51,259 nucleotides of DNA, from NCBI GenBank assembly GCA_043818055.1, contig JBDRGF010000122.1:1-51259 (forward strand). Reading direction: 5' to 3'. The notes under the pieces are model-generated. The model worked only from the letters and a program-made list of their open reading frames with translations. It did no database searches and was not told the DNA's origin. Positions 1-7,820 of this stretch are shown piece after piece. Numbering within the stretch: the stretch's first letter is position 1; each line of letters starts with the position of its first letter. Origin of the DNA: Pseudomonadota bacterium. GTDB taxonomy: Bacteria > UBA10199 > 2-02-FULL-44-16 > JBDRGF01. Made by a program: the position numbers and the translations under genes.

Positions 1-1076
1 TCAAACTCCATGCTGTCGAAGATGTTCTCTATTTTGCCATGACCATATTTCTGAGCTTTGCCAGAGTCGAAGAGATCAAATCCTGTGGCAAGAACTACTG
101 CTCCGACCTTAATTTCTATCTCTTCATCCTTGTCATCGAGATTGATGCATCCGAAGGGGCATGCACTCACGCATTTTGCACACTCCTTTCCGTTCAGATG
201 CAGGCAGTTCTCTTTGTCGATCACCGCAACATTTGGAAGGGATCCCGGATAGGGAATGTAAATCGCCCTTCTCTCATCGAGCGATTCGTTGAATTCATTT
301 TTGACCTTTACCGGGCAAATCTCAATACACTGGCCGCATCCGATACAGGTTGAAGTGTCGACATAGCGGGCCTTCTTGTTGATCCTTGCTACAAAATTGC
401 CGTATGAGCCGAGCAGCTCAGTCACCTCGCTGTATGTGTATAGATCGATCGATTTGTTATGGAGGACATCGTCCATAACAGGATCGAGCATACAGGAGGC
501 GCATTCCATGTTGGGAAAGAGGTTCTCAAATCTGGCTACTTTGCCACCTATACAGGGAGATCTCTCAACGAGATATACTTTGCGATTCTTCTGCGCCAGA
601 GTCAAAGCGGACTTCATGCCGGCTACTCCCGCACCGACTACAAGGACTTCCGGGCAGATATCTATCTCCTTGATCTCAAGCGGTTCATGGAGCACCACAC
701 GCGCTACGGCGGCTTTGACGACCGATTTGGCCTTAGTTAACGCCTCGCCTTTGTCGGAGATTACCCATGCGCACTGTTCACGAATGTTGGCTATCTGTAA
801 GAGAAATGGATTTAATCCTGCATCTTTCAAGATTTTGTGAAAAGTCAATTCGTGCTCTTTGGGGGAGCATGCTGCGATGACGACTCTCGTCAGGGAATTA
901 TTTTTGATCTCCTCTGAAACTAGCTTTTGGCCATCCAGAGAGCAGACAAGATTGATGCGCTTGACAAAGACTACATGCTCGAGCTTCTGCACAAACTGCA
1001 ACAGCTCATCGAGTTCGATCCTATCTTTGATATTAGGACCGCATTCACATAGAAAAACCCCGACTCTCTCCCCCAT
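1..1076 (-). CDS. hdrA: Heterodisulfide reductase subunit A-like flavoprotein (HdrA family), 3' end runs off the window edge
   Basis: Not in the ORF track because there is no stop in the window. My translation from ATG 1076 (RBS AGGAGA at 1081-1086) gives MGERVGVFLCECGPNI...IAACSP...NIREQCAWV...LVVGAGVAG (FAD binding)...PNMECASC...CIGCGQCIEICP...CLHLNGKECAKCVSACP...VGAVVLATGFD. These are typical HdrA motifs. Confidence 0.93.
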   Translation of the reverse strand, partial: MGERVGVFLCECGPNIKDRIELDELLQFVQKLEHVVFVKRINLVCSLDGQKLVSEEIKNNSLTRVVIAACSPKEHELTFHKILKDAGLNPFLLQIANIREQCAWVISDKGEALTKAKSVVKAAVARVVLHEPLEIKEIDICPEVLVVGAGVAGMKSALTLAQKNRKVYLVERSPCIGGKVARFENLFPNMECASCMLDPVMDDVLHNKSIDLYTYSEVTELLGSYGNFVARINKKARYVDTSTCIGCGQCIEICPVKVKNEFNESLDERRAIYIPYPGSLPNVAVIDKENCLHLNGKECAKCVSACPFGCINLDDKDEEIEIKVGAVVLATGFDLFDSGKAQKYGHGKIENIFDSMEF

Positions 1077-1101
1077 AACATCTCCTGATTTCAAATCCGT
1101 T

Positions 1102-1264
1102 TGTCATTCTGAGCGAAGAGACTGTGTCGCAATTAGGATTTTGTATGTTCTGTCATTCTGAGCGTAGCGAAGAATCTTGTAATTTCTAACACTTAAGATC
1201 CTTCACTGCGTTCAGGATGACACCAAAAAACAATTACAACACAGTATCTGCGCTCAGCATGACA
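1102..1264. mobile_element. Nested palindromic element: MITE-like unit (about 1117-1249) inside a TGTCATTCTGAGCG...CGCTCAGCATGACA palindrome
   Basis: Outer arms TGTCATTCTGAGCG (1102) and CGCTCAGCATGACA (1264). Inner ends AGAGACTGTGTCGCAATT and AATTACAACACAGTATCT. Internal palindrome TGTCATTCTGAGCGTAGCGAAGAATC...GATCCTTCACTGCGTTCAGGATGACA at 1151-1222. Confidence 0.75.
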
Positions 1265-1273
1265 TCAATATTA

Positions 1274-1519
1274 TTACTCCACTTCCAAAGAATCGATTAT
1301 TATCTTATTTCCATCGACCGCAGTTACCTGAAGCTTTGCCCCCTCAAGGACTGTATTTTTTGCAAAATCATTGAACCAGAAGTTCAAAGATTCCTCTGAA
1401 ATTCTTAATCCATCGCCTAATGTAATGAAGATTTTAGTAGGTTTTTCAGTCAGTTTTTTGGATTCGATTCTTTCAAGCAATTCTTTAACAAGGTTTTGAA
1501 CGATTCCGACTTCATGCAT
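1274..1519 (-). CDS. hypA: Minimal HypA/HybF-like nickel metallochaperone lacking the zinc-finger domain
   Basis: N-terminal MHE nickel motif, I.ITLG...I.EESL.F.F....K.T.LEGAKL, and C-terminal G.KIIIDSLEVE strand. There are no cysteines, so the two CxxC motifs are absent. Confidence 0.82.
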   Translation of the reverse strand: MHEVGIVQNLVKELLERIESKKLTEKPTKIFITLGDGLRISEESLNFWFNDFAKNTVLEGAKLQVTAVDGNKIIIDSLEVE

Positions 1520-1534
1520 AATGTCCCCCCTTCA

Positions 1535-1671
1535 TTAGATGATGTGTCACAATTAGGATTTTGTGCGTGCTGTCATTCTGAGCGAAGCGAAGAATCTTTT
1601 TATTTCTAACACTTAAGATCCTTCACTACGTTCAGGATGACACCAAAAGACAATTGCGATACAGTCTCTAA
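1535..1671. mobile_element. Second copy of the ~135 bp MITE-like element carrying a TGTC-type palindrome
   Basis: Near-identical to 1117-1249. The right end AATTGCGATACAGTCTCT is the reverse complement (one mismatch) of the left end of copy 1, AGAGACTGTGTCGCAATT. Confidence 0.75.
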
Positions 1672-1699
1672 GTCGCTAGCTTTTATATCACTTTTAATA

Positions 1700-3085
1700 T
1701 TAAAAATAAACATCTCTTTTGCCTTTTTCAATAGCGCTCAGCCCCTTTAGAATTTTGGATTTCATATCAGGGAGCGTGACTTTTTCCAGCTCCCTATTGA
1801 TGAGCCTCTTTCCTGATTCAATCAGCGCATTATCTCCATAATCTACTATAAACTCCTTAAATGTGAGGATGGCGTTAGGGGTGCAATAATTGTGGATTGA
1901 TGCTGTTTTAGCTAACTTCATAAATCGTTCCCCTGTTCGTTCGCTTCTGTAACAAGCAGTACAAAAGCTGGGCATATATCCCCTGCCCGTGACCTCCTTG
2001 ACGACGTCGAGCAGCGTTCTCTGATCGTAGAGAGAGAACTGTTCCGAGTTTGCTTTGCTCACCCCTGAATATTCACCGGGCCCGGTGCGCGATCCGGCGC
2101 TGATCTGCGAAATGCCAAGGCCGAACATCCTGTTTCGAAGTTCGGCACTTTCGCGCGTGGATAGGATGATCCCCGTATATGGAATCGCGAGGCGAATTAT
2201 GGCGGTTAACTTTAAAAAATCAGTGTCAGATACCGCATGAGGCGGATTTATGGTCTCTTGAGCCCCAAGGGCAGGCTTAATCCTTGGAATCGAGACCGTA
2301 TGTGGCCCGAAGCCAAACTTCCTTTCAAGATAGTTGGCATGTGTTAGAAGGGCTAATACATCAAACTTGTAATCGTAGAGGCCAAAAAGGACTCCCAGAC
2401 CGACATCATCGATGCCTCCCGAGATAGCCTCATCCATTGCAAAAAGGCGCCCCTTATAGTCCGATTTTGGGCCGGATGGATGCATCTTATTATAGGTTTC
2501 CCGATGGTAGGTCTCCTGAAATAGCTGATATGTGCCAATTCCAGCTTCTTTAAGACGCTTGAAATTATCAACGCTCATCGGCGGGAGGTTGATATTTATC
2601 CTGTTGATTCTGGATCCAGAGCGCTCAAAACGATAAATAGCGTCGATTATCCCTTCTAATTGTTCAATATTGGCTCTCACGGGGTCATCTCCAGCGACGA
2701 GAAGCACCCTTTTATGACCCTGGGAGAGCAAGATCGAGACCTGATTTAATATCTCTTCTGTGGAAAGCGAAACCCTCTGCAAGCTTTCATTATCCTTTTG
2801 AAAGGCGCAATAGCGACAGCTGTTCTGGCATCTGTTGGTGATGTAGAGGGGGGCGAAGAGCACCAGCCTGTTTTTATAAATTGAATCCTTGATCTTAGAT
2901 GCCGCGGAAAAGAGCAACTCGAGGATATCCTCATCATCGTTGTGCAGCAAAATAGCGGCATCATTCAGGCTTAGTCCTTCGAGCTTTAGGGCTTTTTGAA
3001 TAACGCCCTCGGCCATGCTTTTAGAAGAAGTCTTAGCATCGTCAAGCATTGACTGAATTATGTTCTCATCTATAAATGGCTTCAT
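1700..3085 (-). CDS. hydG: [FeFe]-hydrogenase H-cluster radical SAM maturase HydG
   Basis: LFAPLY..N.CQNSCRYC (CX3CX2C), YQLFQETY, GPHTVSIPR (His ligand of the dangler Fe), ILSTRE, and C-terminal PSFCTACYR-X-C with exact CX2CX22C spacing, which ThiH lacks. Confidence 0.93.
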   Translation of the reverse strand: MKPFIDENIIQSMLDDAKTSSKSMAEGVIQKALKLEGLSLNDAAILLHNDDEDILELLFSAASKIKDSIYKNRLVLFAPLYITNRCQNSCRYCAFQKDNESLQRVSLSTEEILNQVSILLSQGHKRVLLVAGDDPVRANIEQLEGIIDAIYRFERSGSRINRININLPPMSVDNFKRLKEAGIGTYQLFQETYHRETYNKMHPSGPKSDYKGRLFAMDEAISGGIDDVGLGVLFGLYDYKFDVLALLTHANYLERKFGFGPHTVSIPRIKPALGAQETINPPHAVSDTDFLKLTAIIRLAIPYTGIILSTRESAELRNRMFGLGISQISAGSRTGPGEYSGVSKANSEQFSLYDQRTLLDVVKEVTGRGYMPSFCTACYRSERTGERFMKLAKTASIHNYCTPNAILTFKEFIVDYGDNALIESGKRLINRELEKVTLPDMKSKILKGLSAIEKGKRDVYF

Positions 3086-4257
3086 AAGCTTAAGTCGGTA
3101 GGCGCCCTTCCCAATTCATGCAGCAGATTGATCGTCTCATCAATCTGGATTTTCAGGTCCTTATCATACCCATATTTTTTAGGATAGATCGAGTAGAGTT
3201 TTTTATATTTTTCCGGCGTAACATTGAGCATGAGAGAATTGGCACCTGATAGGAGCGCTTTTTTTCTTGCTTTAGGATCCAATGTTTCAAGGGCTGTTGT
3301 GACAACGATGTTGGAATCCTCTTTCATCATACGCGTTCTTGCAAGATGCTCGATGATCATTTCTGGATTAGGTGATTTCGTATTTTCAAATGGGGTCGTG
3401 GGGGCCGGTATCAGAGGGCCGAATGAATACATCTCAGGATTGAGCGATAGAGCGCATTTGATATCGTTCAGGTGATCTTCAACCGAAGCATCGGGGAGAC
3501 CCAAAATTGAACCGGTGATGAGTGCGTATCCGATCCTTTTCAGTTCCGAAATTAGTTTTAGCCTGGTTTCTAGTTTAAACCCGGGGCGGGATTTTGCGTA
3601 AATATTAGGGTTTGAAGTTTCAAACCTTAAGAGCACTCCTCTGGCGCCGGCTTTGTAAAACTTCTGGTATAGCTTCAGCGGAAATTCACCTATGCTCAAA
3701 AAGATCAGCACTGGGAAACGGTTGCGGATTGTTGCTATCAGATCTGCAAAAACATCATTTATAAGATCGGGATCCTCTCCTGATTGTAAAACCAGGGCCT
3801 TGAAACCAAATTCATTCGCGGCTCTATCGACAGATGCGAGAATTTTTTCATCTGACATGCGATATCTCTCTATACTTTTATTATCCTTTCTGATGCCGCA
3901 ATAATGACAGTTGTTTCGGCAAAAGTTAGATATTTCCAGTATTCCATGCACGCAACATGAATTGCCGATTGTTTTGTGCCTGATATGATTGGCCTTGGAT
4001 GTGAGGGTCGAACCCGTTTGAGAAAGCTGCAAATCCTGTTTGTCGAGCTCTTTGAAGAGTTCTTTCCAGACCTCTAATATTTTAAGGGCTTCTTTGGCTG
4101 TGATCTTCGATATTACAAACCCACCCTGCGCATATACATAATCGCCTAATTCAAGCTTTTCAAAATCGTTTCTTGCTCGTTTAACAGAATCAAAATACTC
4201 GATCGATACGATGTTATTTTTAATCTCGACAACTTTTCCGGGTATTGAGTAGCACAT
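3082..4257 (-). CDS. HypC/HupF-domain - HydE-like radical SAM fusion protein
   Basis: Residues 1-70 (MCYSIPGKVVEI...GDYVYAQGGFVISKI...EA..IL) match the HypC pattern. The rest has ISNFCRNNCHYCGIR, LQSGED, LLRFET, GLP, GPLIPAPTTPF, TTAL.TL, GANSLMLNVTP and YSIY, all HydE-like. The stop overlaps the hydG start (ATGA). Confidence 0.88.
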   Translation of the reverse strand: MCYSIPGKVVEIKNNIVSIEYFDSVKRARNDFEKLELGDYVYAQGGFVISKITAKEALKILEVWKELFKELDKQDLQLSQTGSTLTSKANHIRHKTIGNSCCVHGILEISNFCRNNCHYCGIRKDNKSIERYRMSDEKILASVDRAANEFGFKALVLQSGEDPDLINDVFADLIATIRNRFPVLIFLSIGEFPLKLYQKFYKAGARGVLLRFETSNPNIYAKSRPGFKLETRLKLISELKRIGYALITGSILGLPDASVEDHLNDIKCALSLNPEMYSFGPLIPAPTTPFENTKSPNPEMIIEHLARTRMMKEDSNIVVTTALETLDPKARKKALLSGANSLMLNVTPEKYKKLYSIYPKKYGYDKDLKIQIDETINLLHELGRAPTDLSL

Positions 4258-4260
4258 AAG

Positions 4261-4324
4261 TGTAGGGGCAGGTTTAAAACCTGCCCTATTCCATTTTTGG
4301 GCGGGTTTGAAACCCGCCCCTACA
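4261..4324. repeat. GTAG-type REP dimer
   Basis: TGTAGGGGCAGGTTTAAAACCTGCCC ... GGGCGGGTTTGAAACCCGCCCCTACA: two hairpins in inverted orientation. Confidence 0.85.
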
Positions 4325-4331
4325 AAAATTG

Positions 4332-4781
4332 TTAAATCGATTGTAAAATGTCGTTCCAGGATTTGTCGAGATCGTTTGCAATACGAACTCCGAGCTTATT
4401 CAGATCATCAATAAGTTTCTTGTCGTCATCCCCGCGTATATTCGAAATTTGATCTGCTATCGAATCAGTGACAAACTGAACAACCTTGTATTTCATTTTT
4501 TGGGCTTTTCTTTCACACAATTTCAAAATTGCTTCATCGCTCAATAAGGAGTCTGCGATCAGCTTTATGTTTTCGGAATATTCCATTGAGAAATTTAAGG
4601 ACTTATTGATTTTCTCTTTATCATCTCCGTACAAGCCGTCGAGAACCTGGCTGATAGACTCTTTTATCACAAATAAATTTGAACGAAGTTCATGTCTTAC
4701 AAAGGAGAGATATTCCGGGATTGAGGCGTCCCCCTTTGGTTTTATTCCCTGCAATTTCTCGTTATATAATTTTGTGTTCAC
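4332..4781 (-). CDS. Small protein with a HisKA (DHp)-like H-box and no ATPase domain
   Basis: EYLSFVRHELRSNLFVIKESISQVLDG resembles an H-box. The GTG start overlaps the cheR stop (GTGA). Confidence 0.6.
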   Translation of the reverse strand: MNTKLYNEKLQGIKPKGDASIPEYLSFVRHELRSNLFVIKESISQVLDGLYGDDKEKINKSLNFSMEYSENIKLIADSLLSDEAILKLCERKAQKMKYKVVQFVTDSIADQISNIRGDDDKKLIDDLNKLGVRIANDLDKSWNDILQSI

Positions 4782-6265
4782 AATGCTCCTTTCAATAAAT
4801 GTTCGATCTCAGATATATAATTCCGACATGTTTCCATGAGAATGTCACGGGTAAAATCAGGTCCATATTGTATTTTTCCTGCGACATCCAACTTCTCCAT
4901 AATTTGCAAAGCATTTTTGAATTCTCTCAAGGCCTTTTTATATTCTTTTAGATATAGATATATGGTTCCAAGATTAAAATAGGCTAGCTCAATATTTGCA
5001 TCGATATATAACACTTTTCTAAAGTTTTCCTCAGCTTCTGTAAGGTTTCCTAACCTGTATTCGACAACGCCTAAAAGATAATGCGCATCCATAGAGAGAT
5101 TATTTTTCGCTATAATTTTGTTTAAAATATCGCAGGCATTTTCATAATCTTCCTGATTAGAAAGTATTTCTGCTCTAAGAAACAACGCCTTTTCATCATC
5201 ATATTTGTTCTTTAAAATCTCATCGATGAGCTGGTTAGATTCGGCATATTCTCTCTTATTGTAATGTTCGAAAGCTTTCTGAAAGAGAACCTGATTTTCA
5301 ATATTATTCGCGGAAACAACTTCTTTTGTGGGAAAAACGATATCGCTCACTTTTTTAGGATGCTCCTTGAATTGACTTGAGATTTCAGGAAAGGAAATGA
5401 ATGGTTTAAAAGACTCCTCTTCGTCATCGAAACTCTTTTCATATATATATGTCGTTGGAAACATTCTCACTTTAAATCTTGTGGGCTTTTGCCACAGAGA
5501 CTCTGAATGGCCAAGAAATAGATATCCCACATCGGATAGACAATCATAGAAAAAATCTATCAATCTCTGGGATATTTCAGGTTTAAAATATATTGTGACA
5601 TTGCGACAAAAGATTATGTCGAGATTGCTGAATGTCTCATCGTCAAAGTCGGGTTTGGTAAGATTTTGATATTTGAAAACGACCATTCTTTTTATTTTTT
5701 CAGATAACAGATATGTATCGTTTTTTTTCGTAAAGTATTTTTTGATATATTCTTCCGGAATATTTTCCACGCTCCTTTTTGAGTATTCACCCTTTTCAGC
5801 AAATTTCAAAGCCTGCTTGTTGATGTCAGTTCCAAATATACGTATTTTCCAATCTTTTGGGAATTCCAGAGTTTCCAAAACCGCGATCGCTATTGAATAA
5901 GGCTCATCTCCACGGGAACATCCGGCCGACCATATTTGCAATTCCTTAGATGAGGAGCTTGCTTTTCGTTTGTAAATTTCTGGCAGAATATTTTTTATAA
6001 GTACTTCAATCTGAGGGCTGTTTCTAAAAAAATATGTTTCACCTATTACTATATCTTCAATCAGCTGGGTGAGCTCCTCCGGGCTTGTTTTCAAAAGTGA
6101 GTAAAACTCCATGAAAGAGTTGATTTTATTTATCGACATTCTGGAAAGAAGAATCGAATCAAGTATGTCTTTTCTGTTCTTGTCGAACGATATTCCGGAT
6201 TCTTCAAGCAACAGCGCGTTGAACAGATTAAACTCTGCATCATTGGATTGTTTAGCTGTGGTCAT
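4778..6265 (-). CDS. cheR: CheR-type methyltransferase with C-terminal TPR repeats (WspC-like)
   Basis: ETYFFRN, IWSAGCSRGDEPYS, GTDIN, IIFCRNV.IYF and LFLGHSES, plus a C-terminal TPR (AHYLLG...AYFNLG). Confidence 0.93.
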   Translation of the reverse strand: MTTAKQSNDAEFNLFNALLLEESGISFDKNRKDILDSILLSRMSINKINSFMEFYSLLKTSPEELTQLIEDIVIGETYFFRNSPQIEVLIKNILPEIYKRKASSSSKELQIWSAGCSRGDEPYSIAIAVLETLEFPKDWKIRIFGTDINKQALKFAEKGEYSKRSVENIPEEYIKKYFTKKNDTYLLSEKIKRMVVFKYQNLTKPDFDDETFSNLDIIFCRNVTIYFKPEISQRLIDFFYDCLSDVGYLFLGHSESLWQKPTRFKVRMFPTTYIYEKSFDDEEESFKPFISFPEISSQFKEHPKKVSDIVFPTKEVVSANNIENQVLFQKAFEHYNKREYAESNQLIDEILKNKYDDEKALFLRAEILSNQEDYENACDILNKIIAKNNLSMDAHYLLGVVEYRLGNLTEAEENFRKVLYIDANIELAYFNLGTIYLYLKEYKKALREFKNALQIMEKLDVAGKIQYGPDFTRDILMETCRNYISEIEHLLKGAL

Positions 6266-6741
6266 TTTACCATCCCTGACAGAAGATTAGCCTCATCTTT
6301 ATTAAGGACAGTGTCGAGGTTCAACAATATAATAACCCTTTTGCCAATCCTGACAACTCCATCGATGCAATCGCTCTCAGAGAAGTTGTTGAGAAGGTCG
6401 GGCTTAGGATCTACACTCTTATTTGCAAGGTCCACTACATCTTTCACGGCATCGACTATCAAACCGATAATATAATGTTTTATTTGGCAAATTAAGATTC
6501 GATTATGAAAAGATTTATTTGCTGCGACTTTGAACCTCTTTCTCATGTCCATGATGATGATAGATTTTCCCCTGAGATTGATTACACCTTCTATAAAATC
6601 CGGCGCTCCAGGAAGTGTGTGTATCTGTTGTGGCATCAGAACCTCTCTGACATGCTTAACCGCTATACCCAGTTCTTCGCCAAGCATTTCAATAACCACA
6701 ATATCGCCTGCTGATCCTATTTTGGTATAATCGAAAGTCAT
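6262..6741 (-). CDS. cheW: CheW coupling protein
   Basis: VREVL...LPGAPDFIEGVINLRG...GLIVDAV...GVVRIG.R.IILL. Confidence 0.92.
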   Translation of the reverse strand: MTFDYTKIGSAGDIVVIEMLGEELGIAVKHVREVLMPQQIHTLPGAPDFIEGVINLRGKSIIIMDMRKRFKVAANKSFHNRILICQIKHYIIGLIVDAVKDVVDLANKSVDPKPDLLNNFSESDCIDGVVRIGKRVIILLNLDTVLNKDEANLLSGMVK

Positions 6742-6757
6742 TCTATCGCATTTCCTT

Positions 6758-7810
6758 TCATTTACATAATTGCTTAATTATTATTTCTGCTATCTTTTTG
6801 CCGGGGAGAACAAAATCAATAACTCCCATCTCTATTGCCGCTTTAGGCATCCCAAATACTACTGAAGTCTCTTCATCCTGAGCGATCGTCAGTCCTCCCT
6901 TTTCTTTGATGGCCTTTATTCCGGATGCTCCATCTTCACCCATACCTGTCAAAATTACGCCAATAGCCTTTTCCCCATAAACCTTTGCAACAGAATGCAA
7001 TAATATGTTTCCAGGTTTATTATTATTTTCATCGACAATCGATATCAGCTTGATCGACATATCTTCGGCTATAATCATGTTAAAATTTGCAGGGGCAAAA
7101 TAAATGACGCCTCCCATCAATTTTTCATTATCTTCTGCTAATTTTACCTTTATTTTACACTTTGACTGGAGCCATGAGACTAATTCTTTAAGAAAAGATT
7201 CGGATATATGCTGCACTACAACAACCGGACATCTGAGATGCGTGGGAAGTTCTTCAAAGATTGAGGCGAGTTCCTTAGGACCGCCTGTGGAGGTTACGAT
7301 TGCGATAATTTTATATGTTGTAGAGTTTATCTGATGATAATGAAATAATTTGTCCTGTTCTTCAATTCTTGCAAGAGGGTGTCGAATAACTTTTACTTTG
7401 CTAGAGTCTTTGATCAACTTGAGAAATGCAGGAATCAGCTTTTGATTGGATAGCATTGTAGCTTCATCGTTGGTAACAATATCGATAACACCATAAGAAA
7501 TAGCGTTGATCAGCTTAGTTTTGTCAATTTTTGAATTTGAATATGGAACTGCTAATATTGGCACCGGCCTATAGGCCATGATCTTTTTGATAATCAGATA
7601 ATCGTCATGCACAGACATCAAATCGTCAATAATTATGACATCTGGCTTATGTTCTACAAGAGAGGATATAATATCCCTTGGCAACGACAGCTCTGCAAGA
7701 AGTACAATATCTTTATCTTTTTCCAAAATTCTTTTGATCGACTCTATAAAAGATAGTGTCGAACCTATTATTATCACCTTTATATTATTTTTGTTTAGGT
7801 CTGTAGTCAT
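6758..7810 (-). CDS. cheB: CheB methylesterase with a degenerate N-terminal receiver domain
   Basis: Catalytic motifs TSTGGP, VQHI and LTGMGEDGA, plus AQDE.TSVVFGMP. The N-terminal REC-like domain lacks the usual acidic pair and Lys. Confidence 0.92.
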   Translation of the reverse strand: MTTDLNKNNIKVIIIGSTLSFIESIKRILEKDKDIVLLAELSLPRDIISSLVEHKPDVIIIDDLMSVHDDYLIIKKIMAYRPVPILAVPYSNSKIDKTKLINAISYGVIDIVTNDEATMLSNQKLIPAFLKLIKDSSKVKVIRHPLARIEEQDKLFHYHQINSTTYKIIAIVTSTGGPKELASIFEELPTHLRCPVVVVQHISESFLKELVSWLQSKCKIKVKLAEDNEKLMGGVIYFAPANFNMIIAEDMSIKLISIVDENNNKPGNILLHSVAKVYGEKAIGVILTGMGEDGASGIKAIKEKGGLTIAQDEETSVVFGMPKAAIEMGVIDFVLPGKKIAEIIIKQLCK

Positions 7811-7820
7811 AAGATTTTCG

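Noticed and set aside
1..1076. Selenocysteine recoding in hdrA
   Set aside because: I found no in-frame TGA in the visible part; the Cys motifs use ordinary Cys codons.
39..1399. Plus-strand ORFs in the track over 39-1399, and the many antisense ORFs elsewhere
   Set aside because: They are shadows of well-supported opposite-strand genes or of repeats, with no recognisable motifs.
1102..1671. CRISPR array or structured ncRNA/riboswitch
   Set aside because: There are no regularly spaced identical repeats with unique spacers and no cas genes. The pattern fits dispersed palindromic elements.
1700..3085. ThiH (thiazole biosynthesis) as the identity of this radical SAM gene
   Set aside because: The C-terminal CX2CX22C extension and the GPHT.S.PR His are HydG-specific, and there are no thi genes nearby.
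3082..4257. Biotin synthase BioB or PylB as the identity of the radical SAM domain
   Set aside because: The motifs match HydE (LQSGED, TTAL, GAN..M.N.TP, YxxY), it is coupled to hydG, and there are no bio or pyl genes nearby.
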